Below, one piece after another: positions 1-9,462 of a stretch of DNA of 64,000 nucleotides; position 1 is the stretch's first letter; each line of letters starts with the position of its first letter. Made by a program: the position numbers and the translations under genes. The stretch lies in NCBI GenBank assembly GCA_963707985.1, contig CAVPRW010000006.1, forward strand, positions 32,001 through 96,000. Reading direction: 5' to 3'. Below the pieces are notes generated by a model. The model had not been told where the DNA came from. It ran no database searches and saw only the letters and a program-made list of their open reading frames with translations. This DNA comes from an uncultured Nitrospinota bacterium (GTDB taxonomy: Bacteria > Tectomicrobia > Entotheonellia > J063 > CAVPRW01).

Positions 1-1
1 C

Positions 2-139
2 TTCGACATCGGCCAGGACACGCGCACCGGCGTCGCGATGCTGGAGTATCGCTACGATGTTCCGTTCAAGTTCACCGGCAAGATCAACAAGCTGACCTTC
101 AAGCTCGAACCGGAGCCTAAGGCAGCACCGCAGCGCTAG
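2..139 (+). CDS. Arylsulfatase-like protein, C-terminal end (partial, begins before window)
   Basis: Frame 2 reads FDIGQDTRTGVAMLEYRYDVPFKFTGKINKLTFKLEPEPKAAPQR*, matching the FDIGxDT...PFxFTGxIxKLT tail of long bacterial arylsulfatases. Confidence 0.7.
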   Translation, partial: FDIGQDTRTGVAMLEYRYDVPFKFTGKINKLTFKLEPEPKAAPQR

Positions 140-196
140 CCGCTTCAAGCCATTGCGAACCAGATCTCACGCGCGAAAGGACTAGAAATAGACGCG

Positions 197-551
197 ATGA
201 AAAGGGTGCTTGTTCTCGCTGCGGTCAGTGAAGCCGCGACCGGGGTGGCGTTGCTGATTGTGCCGTCGCTGGTCGGGCAGTTGCTGTTCGGCGCGGAACT
301 GACCGGCATCGCCATGACCAGTGGCGCGCGTGACCGGCATCGCCCTGATCGCATTAGGGGTCGCCTGCTGGCCGGGCACGCCGCTGGTCGGCATGTTGAC
401 CTACAGCGCGGCCGTCACGCTGTATCTCGCCTACGTCGGCTTCGCGGGCGGTTTGAGCGGCATACTACTGTGGCCGGCGGTCGTCCTGCACGTGATCCTG
501 ACGGCACTTTTGACTCGGGCATCAACAAGCGACAAGGAGACGAAAACATAG
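197..551 (+). CDS. Small integral membrane protein (one frameshift near 320)
   Basis: Hydrophobic N-part (197 frame) continues in the 321..551 frame; about 4 TM segments in total. Confidence 0.6.
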
Positions 552-685
552 AGGAATAGACCGTGCCCGCCTGGTCTTATCCGACACGGCTCGCACTTTA
601 GACCATAGCGGGGTGCGGGCGTCGCCCACCGGTCCTGCGTGACAAGCGTGACGTTCGAGACACGCCGAAGGAGCGACAGAGCTGA

Positions 686-748
686 GCCGAACAACCGCAT
701 GAACTGGGACGCTCACGACGTTCGCGCCCGTTATGCGGGGCGGTGTCC
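686..748 (+). other. attC-like integron recombination site with degenerate R' box
   Basis: GCCGAAC-N5-CATGAACT...CGTTATG-N6-GGTGTCC; imperfect hairpin CCGCATGAAC/GTTATGCGG with an extrahelical G. Confidence 0.45.
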
Positions 749-1026
749 GACTATATTATCTGCGTGGCCCGCACCCGTGGCGGTCGCGATCCAGATTCCG
801 GTATCAGTCTGTTTGTGCTTGACAAAACGTTCCCTGGCATCGCTATGCCCGATATGAAAGTCTTGCGGGAGAATGCCAAATCGGTGCTCCGCTATGCCGC
901 CTGAACGCTGGATCGCAACGCTCCGGAGGCCTCTAGAGCCGCTTCGATGGCGAGAGCGTGTTGCACGGTGATCATCGCGCCGGCAGTCAATGGCACTGTC
1001 CCCCCTGCATATTGGAGATGTCCCGT

Positions 1027-2130
1027 TCACGACGCTGATGCCCGCGATGTACGTGTGCTCGCACCACGCCGTCCCGACTTTGCGAGTGTGCCTTCGGCGG
1101 CGTCCTCGGATGCTCCCATCGACATCCACAGTATGTGCAACTGCGGGTTTTGCTCCTGAAGCATCTGGGCCACATGCCAGACGGCGCGTTGCACCCCCCA
1201 TGTCGGCCGGGGGAAACCCATCGGTGAGAGTTTTAGCAGCACTTGCGCCTGCGATCGGGGGACAAGCGTCACACCGATCTGCTGGCTGAGTTTGCCTTCT
1301 TTTACTACCAGCTCCACCAGCCAGGAGTCGTTGGTGAGCTCACGATAGGCGCGGATCAGGCTCGTCGAGATCTCGATGCCTTGTTGGTCCTCACGCCAAG
1401 TCCTGGTCGTGCAACTCTTCAAGACTCTCTCGATGTCATGCGGGCCTTTGAGAACCACGTGTGGCATGCCGTCCCCTCTTTGCATGGGCGCCGTTGGGGG
1501 CGAGCTGAAGGGTTTGTGCCAAACATAGTAATAAATTGGCAAGTTGGCCCCACGGGCGCGCTGTTCGTATTTGGTCGCTATGCGGCCAGGCAACTCTTCC
1601 ACAGCCGTAGTGGAAAATCGTGGCTTCAATGCCGTCTGGCGTTCAAGTATAGCGGCGATCCAGGTGGCATAGTCCGGGTGGTCAGTCGCAATCGTCACTT
1701 GTCCGCTTGGTGTCAGCCGATCATCCAGGAGCTCAACCAGTTCCGTTTGGATCAAACGTCGAAAATGATGCCTCTTCTTGGGCCATGGATCCGGAAAATT
1801 GATGAAGATCTCTTTGATGCTGTTGGAGCTAAAGAGGTATTGCAATGCTACCTGCGCTTCGCCGTGAATCAAGCGCACATGTGCCTGCCTAGCTGCATCG
1901 AGGCGTTTGGCGAGATGTTGCACCCATGCCCACGAGAGCTCGATTCCAATCAGGTTGACCTCGGGGTTGTGCTCCGCCTGCCGGAGTAAGAATAGCCCAT
2001 TGCCAAAGCCGATTTCGACCATCAGTGGGGCGGTACGCCCAACAAGTAACGACCAGTCGAGAGGCCAATCCGCCTGTAGCCATGGGACCACATAGTGGTG
2101 CAACACTTCACTGAGGGGCCGAGCATGCAT
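1027..2130 (-). CDS. trmB: tRNA (guanine-N7)-methyltransferase with C-terminal extension
   Basis: Motifs VEIGFGNG, IGIE, INFPDPWPKKRHH.RRL, ATDH..Y, TKYE; about 140 extra C-terminal residues. Confidence 0.9.
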   Translation of the reverse strand: MHARPLSEVLHHYVVPWLQADWPLDWSLLVGRTAPLMVEIGFGNGLFLLRQAEHNPEVNLIGIELSWAWVQHLAKRLDAARQAHVRLIHGEAQVALQYLFSSNSIKEIFINFPDPWPKKRHHFRRLIQTELVELLDDRLTPSGQVTIATDHPDYATWIAAILERQTALKPRFSTTAVEELPGRIATKYEQRARGANLPIYYYVWHKPFSSPPTAPMQRGDGMPHVVLKGPHDIERVLKSCTTRTWREDQQGIEISTSLIRAYRELTNDSWLVELVVKEGKLSQQIGVTLVPRSQAQVLLKLSPMGFPRPTWGVQRAVWHVAQMLQEQNPQLHILWMSMGASEDAAEGTLAKSGRRGASTRTSRASAS

Positions 2131-2322
2131 AGAAATTACCTGGTGGCATTGATAGCCGGGAATATCGCGATGGTCGGCTTCGAGGCCATCATCTGGGTAG
2201 AGGTCAGTAGCAATCATCCCCTGGTCGTCACTCTGAGCGCGGCGAGCATTCTCACCACTGCAAGCAGAGAAGCTCTGTGGCACTCAGGCGACAACCCATG
2301 GGCTTTGCCAGGCTATACCGTC

Positions 2323-2748
2323 CTAGTTGTCTCGACTCTGGATCGGCGTCTGACCGCCGAGGGGCAATACCTTATCGACTTTGACGATCACCGCGTACCC
2401 CTTGCGTTCGGGGTCTCGATCCAACTCGGGCTGTACCGTTCGACCCATAACCTGCTCGCGTAGCGCGCCTTCTTTATGAACCGTTGCCTTCCCCACAAAA
2501 CGCCAGGCCGCACGAGTGGCCGGATCACGAAACAGGATCATGACGTTCGGATTCTCTTCGATATTGTGCTGTGTCCCTTGGAGCGTGCGCTCCCAATAGG
2601 CCAGCGAGTCGTCGTCAAATACCATCACGCTGCCCTTATAGCCGATATTGGGGGTCCCGTCCTTTGACGCTGTCGCCACCAGGCACGGGGTTCCCTTCGC
2701 CAGCGCTGGGTCGATCAGATCACGCATCTGCTGGGTCAACTGAATCAT
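2323..2748 (-). CDS. Pyridoxamine 5'-phosphate oxidase-like (FMN/F420-binding split barrel) protein
   Basis: VATASKDGTPN, NIEENPNV and RFVGKA motifs; 141 aa. Confidence 0.8.
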   Translation of the reverse strand: MIQLTQQMRDLIDPALAKGTPCLVATASKDGTPNIGYKGSVMVFDDDSLAYWERTLQGTQHNIEENPNVMILFRDPATRAAWRFVGKATVHKEGALREQVMGRTVQPELDRDPERKGYAVIVKVDKVLPLGGQTPIQSRDN

Positions 2749-2777
2749 GGTTTTTCCCCCCTACTCGAGATCGAACA

Positions 2778-4082
2778 CTACACCTTGGCCATCACCTCTA
2801 ACGATTCCCGCACTGCCGCTAGTGTCTGTTCCACGTCCGTTGACGTATGCGCCACGGACATGTACATCTTGGAGCTCCCCTTCAGAATGCCGCGCGCCAA
2901 CAATTCGGCATTGAACCGGCGCAATAGCTCACGATTCTGGGTCAGCACACCGCGATAATCGTTGACCGGCTCATCAGTAAACACCACGTCGAATAGCGGA
3001 TCTTCGCCCACCACCTGGCCGGGTATACCATACTGTTTCAGCAGAGCAGACAGCCCCTGGCGCAGCCCATGTCCCATGCTAAACAGATGCCGATAGGTGC
3101 CCTCGTGTTGCAGTTGCTGAAGGGTGGCTAACCCGGCGACAGCCGCCACAGGGTTTCCATTCAGGGTGCCGATTTGGGCGATAAAATCGCCCGACGCCTC
3201 GCGATCGGGATTAAAGGCTTCCATCAGGCCGGCATGTCCCACGACGGCCGCGAGGGGGTATCCCCCACCGATGATCTTGCCAAAGGCGGCCAGGTCCGGT
3301 ACCACACCGTAATATTCCTGCGCCCCACCCCAGGCCAGGCGGAAGCCGGTGACCACTTCGTCGAAGATGAGCGGAATAGCAAACCGTTGCGTGACCTCAC
3401 GTAAGCCTTGCAGAAAGCCTGGGCGCGGGGTGATGATGCGCTGGAATGGTTCAACGATGACGCCACCGAGCTCGTGATGATACCGTTCGATAATGGCGCT
3501 GGTGGTGTCGAGATCGTTGAAGGGCGCGATGAGTACCTGATCCTCCAGCACGCGCGGAATTCCTGCCGAGTCGGGCATCGCCCGTGGAAAGTCCTTCGGA
3601 ACACCGGGGCTGCTGCTCATCAGCGCATAATCGTGGCTACCGTGATATCCCCCTTCGAACTTCAGGATCTTATCCTTCTTGGTGAAGGTGCGGGCTGCAC
3701 GTAGGGCAAAAAACGTGGCCTCGGAGCCGGTGGAACAGAAGCGGATTTTCTCAGCACATGGCACTGCCTGGCAAATGACCTCAGCCAGTTGGATCGCCGG
3801 CTCGTTCAATGTGAAGTAGGTCGAGCCACGTTCCAGGTAATCGCGCACCGCCGTCACAACGGCCGGGTGCGCATGGCCGAGGATCATGGGGCCGGATCCC
3901 AGAAGATAGTCGATATACTCATTGCCGCTCATATCGTAGACTTTTGACCCTTGCCCGGCCTTTACCACGAACGCCACGTCGTCTGCAAACCGTGTATTGC
4001 CCAGGGTTCCCCCCGGCAGATAGCGCTTGGCTGTTTCTAATAAGCGCTGCTCGTCCGTGCTGCGCACCCGCCGTTGAGGCAT
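2778..4082 (-). CDS. Class III PLP aminotransferase (glutamate-1-semialdehyde aminomutase-like)
   Basis: GNEYIDY, ILGHAHP, STGSEAT, FEGGYHG, LIFDEVVTGFR, FGKIIGGG, GTLNGNP. Confidence 0.9.
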   Translation of the reverse strand: MPQRRVRSTDEQRLLETAKRYLPGGTLGNTRFADDVAFVVKAGQGSKVYDMSGNEYIDYLLGSGPMILGHAHPAVVTAVRDYLERGSTYFTLNEPAIQLAEVICQAVPCAEKIRFCSTGSEATFFALRAARTFTKKDKILKFEGGYHGSHDYALMSSSPGVPKDFPRAMPDSAGIPRVLEDQVLIAPFNDLDTTSAIIERYHHELGGVIVEPFQRIITPRPGFLQGLREVTQRFAIPLIFDEVVTGFRLAWGGAQEYYGVVPDLAAFGKIIGGGYPLAAVVGHAGLMEAFNPDREASGDFIAQIGTLNGNPVAAVAGLATLQQLQHEGTYRHLFSMGHGLRQGLSALLKQYGIPGQVVGEDPLFDVVFTDEPVNDYRGVLTQNRELLRRFNAELLARGILKGSSKMYMSVAHTSTDVEQTLAAVRESLEVMAKV

Positions 4083-4221
4083 GCTATTTCTCCCTCTTCT
4101 GTCCGATGTCCTGGTCCCGATCATGCTGCTGCACCGGTTTGCCACTGTACGAGGTGTCGGTAGTTTTCCCTAGTGGCACTGATGCGCGCCAGACGAAAGG
4201 CATTGGGGGTCGATGGAGAGA

Positions 4222-4779
4222 TCAGGCGGTGCGAGCCGCTTTCAGCGCCTCGATGGTAAACAAGGCATGAAATGGATACCCCCACTGCGCAAAGTTTTGC
4301 TGCGCTCCCTCTTGCCGGTCGACAATCGCCAACACTTTGGTCACGATACATTGCTCCGCTTCGACCTGATCGATGGCGTGCTTTAAGGACCCCCCCGTGG
4401 TGACGGTGTCATCGAACACAGCGACTCGCATGCCAGGTTGGAGTGGACCTTCGATCAAGCGCTGCGTCCCGTGTCCCTTGGCCTCCTTACGCACGATAAA
4501 ACCTATGAGTGGGATGTTCTCGAACGCAGCCAAAGCCAGCACAGCGCCGATCACCGGGTCAGCCCCCAGGGTCGGCCCGCCAATGGCATCCACCGCCGTC
4601 CCTTTCAGTTCATCGAGAATGAGCTGGCTGACGAGATACGCTCCACGCGAGCGCAAGGTGGTCTGCTTGCCATCGATGTAATAGTCACTCTTACGCCCTG
4701 AGGTTAGTGTAAAATCGCCAAAGCGGAGCGAATATTCTAGGAGATACGTTTGCAACTCCTGTCGTAGTGCCGTGGTCAT
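4222..4779 (-). CDS. pyrE: Orotate phosphoribosyltransferase
   Basis: FTLTSGRKSDYYID, IVRKEAKGHG flexible loop, VFDDTVTTGGS PRPP motif. Confidence 0.9.
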   Translation of the reverse strand: MTTALRQELQTYLLEYSLRFGDFTLTSGRKSDYYIDGKQTTLRSRGAYLVSQLILDELKGTAVDAIGGPTLGADPVIGAVLALAAFENIPLIGFIVRKEAKGHGTQRLIEGPLQPGMRVAVFDDTVTTGGSLKHAIDQVEAEQCIVTKVLAIVDRQEGAQQNFAQWGYPFHALFTIEALKAARTA

Positions 4780-4994
4780 ATCGTCGCCTCATTGCCGAGG
4801 TGATCATCACATGGAACATTGACAGGCTGTGCCGTCCCGTGTGCCGCGCTGGCGGACACCCCTCACCGCGTTGCCTCGATGGTAAGCTTCAATTTAGGGG
4901 CGTAATATAGGAAAATGGCGAACTTCTGTCAACTGTGCAGAGGGCAAGTGATCCTACCTCGCGTGTTGGTAGCGTCGAAGAGAAGGAGGAGATT

Positions 4995-5423
4995 ATGGCT
5001 GATAGCTCCACTCAGCTCAGTCCGCTCTATGCAGCCATGCCGAGGCTCTATTACCATCATGACCAGCTGTGGGCCGAGACACCTGAGAATTTTCTCGATC
5101 AACTCGATCATGACTTCGACTATCGGACCGACGATATCTGGCTCAGTTCGTATCCCCGATCGGGAACGGCCTGGACCTACGAGGTGCTCTATGCTGTCCT
5201 CTATGGAGGCGATATGGCAGCATTACAGCAGGCGCAACGTGAGGAGAAAATTCGGCGCTTCGGGTCCCTTGAAGTCGGGACCGCAGCCTCCGTGTTAGAG
5301 CGCTTCAGCAGCTGGATGACCCGTCCCTATGGGAACAGAAGATGGGAGGCACGGCACTGGCGAAATATTTCGACATGTAGATGCAAGGCACCCCGACTGC
5401 CTTGCGGCGGCGTGGAGGCTTGA
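4995..5423 (+). pseudogene. Truncated PAPS-dependent sulfotransferase (N-terminal part only)
   Basis: DDIWLSSYPRSGTAW matches the 5'-PSB loop; AGGAGG RBS upstream; similarity lost after about 5320 and no 3'-PB motif seen. Confidence 0.65.
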
Positions 5424-5739
5424 CGTGGCCACCTGAGCCTCCACGGAGGCCCTATCGATGATGTGTAAATGATGGAAAGCGGAAACTCGCCGGGCTGGTC
5501 AGGAGCCAAAACCCAGGTTAGACACGCTGACTATGTATCTGCCCTTTTGGCCTGATGCCGTGTCCCACACGTGGGGCTATGCCCCCCTTATTCCCCCAAA
5601 AGTGGGGGGTGGGTGATGCCGGCATGGGTCTCCTGGTGTCTCTGCCCATGACCTACGCGTACCTGGTCTCCGCATGAGTTATCACATAAGCGGCCACTGG
5701 GATGCCGAGATGGAGGGCATGTGGCTACGGGCCAGTATT

Positions 5740-5755
5740 TGGCACAGGCATTGCT
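5740..5755 (+). promoter_or_regulatory. sigma54 (-24/-12) promoter upstream of rutA
   Basis: TGGCAC-AGGCA-TTGCT is a perfect match to TGGCAC-N5-TTGC. Confidence 0.7.
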
Positions 5756-5953
5756 CTCTCTGAGTTACAGACGACCGGTTCAGGATGAACCAACGAGCCG
5801 CGATGTCCTTGATCTACATATCCCGTCCAGACTCCGAAGTAAACGTGGAAATGCCCTTGAACCCTGCAGGTAGCGTTCATCTTGGCGTCAGATGCGCTGA
5901 TAGGCGATGGAACGATAGGCAGTTCGTCGCTGGCCCAGTTCAAAGGAGGGCAC

Positions 5954-6997
5954 ATGGATTTAGGGATTTTCATTCCGATTGCGAACAACGGTTGGATGAT
6001 GTCAGTCAACTCTCCTCAGTATATGCCGTCGTTTCAACTCAACCGCACCATTGCTGCAAAGGCGGAAGCCTATGGATTCAATTTCCTGCTGTCCATGGTG
6101 AAGCTGCGGGGTTTCGGCGGGCAGACAGAGTTCTGGGATCACAATCTGGAATCCTTTACCCTGATGGCGGGACTGGCCGCTGTGACGGAGCGTATCCAGC
6201 TGTTTGCGTCGGTAGCGCTGCCTACCCTCCCGCCGGCGCTGGTAGCCAGGATGGGGGCGACCATTGACGATATCTCCAATGGCCGCTTTGGTATCAACAT
6301 TGTGTCCGGGTGGAATCAATCGGAATATCTGCAGATGGGCCTCTGGCCGGGAGACTGGTACTACGAGCGGCGCTACGACTACGGCAGTGAGTACGTCACG
6401 ATCATGCGTGAACTGTGGGCGACTGGCCAGTCCGATTTTAAGGGTGAGTTCTTCACGATGCGTGACTGCCGCTTATCTCCTCGTCCAAAGGCGGGGGCCG
6501 TGCCGATTGTGTGTGCTGGCCAGTCGGACCGGGGTATGCGATTTTGCGCTCAATACGGTGACTATCAGTTCATCATTGGTAATGACGACTTCGAAGCTAC
6601 CGCTGCCGATACCGGGCGTCTGCTGGCTCATGCGCAGGAGACCGGGAGGGACGTCGGACCCTACGCGCTGTATTTCATCATTACCGGTGCTACAGACGTG
6701 GAAGCTCACCAGAAGTGGGACTACTATCGGGAAGGCGCAGACCTCGAGGCCATTGCCTTTATGACCGGTCAGGCCAATCTCGACGCATCGGGCAGGACAG
6801 CAGCCATTATCAGCGAGATGCAGAACGCTTTCGCTCTCAATATTGGCAAAATCGTTGGGAGCCACGCAACCGTGGCCAGACGGCTCGACGAGTTGGCCTC
6901 GATCGACGGTCTCAAAGGTGTCATGTGCATCTTTGATGACTTTGTGAGCGGCACCGAGGACTTCGGCCGCCACGTGATGCCGCTGTTACGCGCCTAG
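5954..6997 (+). CDS. rutA: Pyrimidine monooxygenase RutA-like (luciferase-like monooxygenase)
   Basis: GIFIPIANNGW, PQYMPSF, LSMVKLRGFGG.TEFWDHNLESFTLMAGLAAVT, CAGQSD.GM.F are RutA signatures; AGGAGG RBS. Confidence 0.85.
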   Translation: MDLGIFIPIANNGWMMSVNSPQYMPSFQLNRTIAAKAEAYGFNFLLSMVKLRGFGGQTEFWDHNLESFTLMAGLAAVTERIQLFASVALPTLPPALVARMGATIDDISNGRFGINIVSGWNQSEYLQMGLWPGDWYYERRYDYGSEYVTIMRELWATGQSDFKGEFFTMRDCRLSPRPKAGAVPIVCAGQSDRGMRFCAQYGDYQFIIGNDDFEATAADTGRLLAHAQETGRDVGPYALYFIITGATDVEAHQKWDYYREGADLEAIAFMTGQANLDASGRTAAIISEMQNAFALNIGKIVGSHATVARRLDELASIDGLKGVMCIFDDFVSGTEDFGRHVMPLLRA

Positions 6998-7059
6998 TAA
7001 GGATTGGGCGGCAAGGCGATATGTATCCCTGGATCATTCGACATGCGCAAGGAGCTCTC

Positions 7060-7977
7060 ATGAAATTCGGTGTCAACCTCATTAACTTCGGTCCCAGTGC
7101 GCGTCCGGACTCCCTGGCGCGGTGGGCAATGCTAACGGAGACCCTGGGCTATCATTTTCTTATGACCTCCGACCACATTGCGCTGACTTCCGATGTGCAG
7201 GCCCGCTATCCCGCGCCCTTCTACGAGCCGTTTACTACTCTCGGGTGGTTGGCCGGTATAACACGTCGCATCGAGATCGGCAGCACGGTCGTCATTCTTC
7301 CCTACCGTCAGCCGTTGGAAGTCGCGCGCATGGCGGCGAACGTGGACCAACTGAGCGGCGGCAGGCTGCTCTTCGGCGTCGGCGTGGGATGGTCACCGCA
7401 AGAGTTCGCCGCGCTGGGCGTACCCTTTCACCGCCGTGGTGCGCTGACGAATGAGTATCTGGCCGCGATCAAGACGCTTTGGACCACTGATGTGGCGTCG
7501 TTCGAGGGACGTTATGTGGCCTTTACGGAGGTGCATACGGCACCCCGACCGGTGCGTCTGCCCCATCCCCCGATTTGGGTGGGTGGAGCCAGTGACGCGG
7601 CCATGCGTCGGGCCATCCGCTACGGCGATGCCTGGCATCCGAACCGTATTCGACCCGGCTGGCTAGAGACCACGGGACTCCCCCGCCTGCGCCAAATCGC
7701 CGACGTCGAGGGCCGAGCCATACCGGCGCTATGCCCGCGCATCCGGCTGCGCCTCACTGACGCGCCGCTCCCAGACGACCAGCGTGTAGTCGGTGAGGGG
7801 ACGCTCGACCAGATGCGGGCGGACCTGGAGGAGCTTCGGAAACTTGGCGCGCAGTACGTACTACTGGACACGTTCTACGACGACGTGGAGGCCACGCGCC
7901 ATCCCGAGGTCGCCTGGGGGATGCTAACGACTATGGCTGAGAAGGCCCTGGACCTCCCGCACAAAGAGCTGCGGTAG
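7060..7977 (+). CDS. LLM-class (probably F420-dependent) oxidoreductase
   Basis: SDHI, EPFTTLGWLAG.T, DQLSGGRL.FGVGVGW, PIWVGG, YGDAWHP. Confidence 0.85.
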   Translation: MKFGVNLINFGPSARPDSLARWAMLTETLGYHFLMTSDHIALTSDVQARYPAPFYEPFTTLGWLAGITRRIEIGSTVVILPYRQPLEVARMAANVDQLSGGRLLFGVGVGWSPQEFAALGVPFHRRGALTNEYLAAIKTLWTTDVASFEGRYVAFTEVHTAPRPVRLPHPPIWVGGASDAAMRRAIRYGDAWHPNRIRPGWLETTGLPRLRQIADVEGRAIPALCPRIRLRLTDAPLPDDQRVVGEGTLDQMRADLEELRKLGAQYVLLDTFYDDVEATRHPEVAWGMLTTMAEKALDLPHKELR

Positions 7978-8084
7978 TCTGCAAGTGCGACGGCGGCGGA
8001 AAGAGACAGAGCCGTGGTGAAATTGCTCTGGCCACAGGATAGCCGCAGGCGCACGCAGCCGGCGGTTCCTCCTCATCGCATCCG

Positions 8085-9314
8085 TCAAGAGCGAAAGCTG
8101 AAGGCGGGATCGAGCGGTGGTAGGGGCGCGCCGAAGAACAGCCGGCGCTGCACGCGGGGCAGGAGAGGCGAGTGCAGCAGCAGCGGCAGCACTTTGGGGA
8201 GGAGCCAGCTGAGAATTGGATTGTCGCCTGATTGGGACAGGAGTACACGCTGGGCCCCGAGTTGAAAACGGTGCAGGGTGCGCACATCCCCCTCGCGCAA
8301 CTGCTGGATGGTGGCCAGATCTTCGTGGGCGATCGGGCCATGCCCCAGCAGCGGGTAGAGTTCTTGCGCGGCGACAGCCGCCGTGGCCAGCGCCACATTG
8401 ACGCCAATCGCCCCAGCGGGGCTCATGGTGTGGGCAGAATCGCCGATGAGCACCAGTCCATCACGCGCCCAGTCTTTGAGCAGGGTGATTTGTCCCGCGA
8501 GTGGGAAAAATGGCCGAAAGTCGAGTAGGTTATCGGCGAAATCCGTGAAGACCGGGTCAAGGGCACGTACTCGCTCGGCCACGGCGGCAACGCCTGTTTT
8601 CCGCCAGTCCTGCCAGGCTCCTGTCGGGAGAAACAATCCCGCCTGAATCTGCTGGGGATATTTGGGAAGCATCAGACCCTGCACATCCGATCCGAGCGAG
8701 AAGTAGATGGTATTTGGCCAGTCCTGTGGCTGTTCGATGACAAACCAGATCACGTCGAAGTCGTGATGCTCGTATTCGATTTCGAAGTGGCCCAGCCGCC
8801 GCATCGACGACGACCGTCCGTCGGCCCCCACGACGACATCGGCTCGGATCTCAAAGGGCTCCTCGCCATGGCGTAGACCACGGATGCCAGTGATCGTATC
8901 CCCCTCCTGCATGAGCTCGGTCGCCCTGGCTCCCATCCAGCACTGAAAGCTGCTGAAGGGGGTGGCCTTTTCCACCAGGGCCTGCAGAAAAATGGGCTGG
9001 GGCATCCAGATGGCATAGGGATATTCGGGCACGATGGTGTTGAAGGAAAATCCACCTGCGGTCTTACCGTTGATGCGGATCAGCCCTTCGGTGAGGATCG
9101 AATGCGGCTGCCCCAGGATATATTCGAGCAACCCGAGTTCGTCGAGCAAATGCGCCGTGCTTGGCTGCAGCACTTCGCCGCGAAACTCACGATCAAACGT
9201 CTCGTGGGCTTCGAGGACGATGACTTCAACGCCGCGCTTGGCGAGCAGCAGACCTAGCAGCAGGCCAGCCGGCCCCCCGCCCACGACACAGACGTTGGTG
9301 CGGATACTCGTCAT
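8085..9314 (-). CDS. FAD-dependent oxidoreductase/monooxygenase (UbiH/PHBH-like)
   Basis: VVGGGPAGL, VVGADGRSS and LIGDSAHTMSPAGAIGVN fingerprints. Confidence 0.9.
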   Translation of the reverse strand: MTSIRTNVCVVGGGPAGLLLGLLLAKRGVEVIVLEAHETFDREFRGEVLQPSTAHLLDELGLLEYILGQPHSILTEGLIRINGKTAGGFSFNTIVPEYPYAIWMPQPIFLQALVEKATPFSSFQCWMGARATELMQEGDTITGIRGLRHGEEPFEIRADVVVGADGRSSSMRRLGHFEIEYEHHDFDVIWFVIEQPQDWPNTIYFSLGSDVQGLMLPKYPQQIQAGLFLPTGAWQDWRKTGVAAVAERVRALDPVFTDFADNLLDFRPFFPLAGQITLLKDWARDGLVLIGDSAHTMSPAGAIGVNVALATAAVAAQELYPLLGHGPIAHEDLATIQQLREGDVRTLHRFQLGAQRVLLSQSGDNPILSWLLPKVLPLLLHSPLLPRVQRRLFFGAPLPPLDPAFSFRS

Positions 9315-9462
9315 CCTCCATTTCCCCTTGAGCGGTGTATCACCCTGCCTGTTCCGCATCGCCCGGGTTTCTTGCTAAGGGCTCTGCCGTCCAGGAGAAC
9401 TTGCACACCTTGCGTGTGGCCATGAGCTGGTGTCACGCCCCAACGAGCGGCGGAAGACGATC

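Noticed and set aside
2778..4082. Calling the aminotransferase hemL
   Set aside because: GSA-aminomutase-like, but with no tetrapyrrole gene context; such paralogues are common
5577..5613. C-run/G-run hairpin upstream of the rutA promoter
   Set aside because: Low-complexity pairing, single copy, no assignable function
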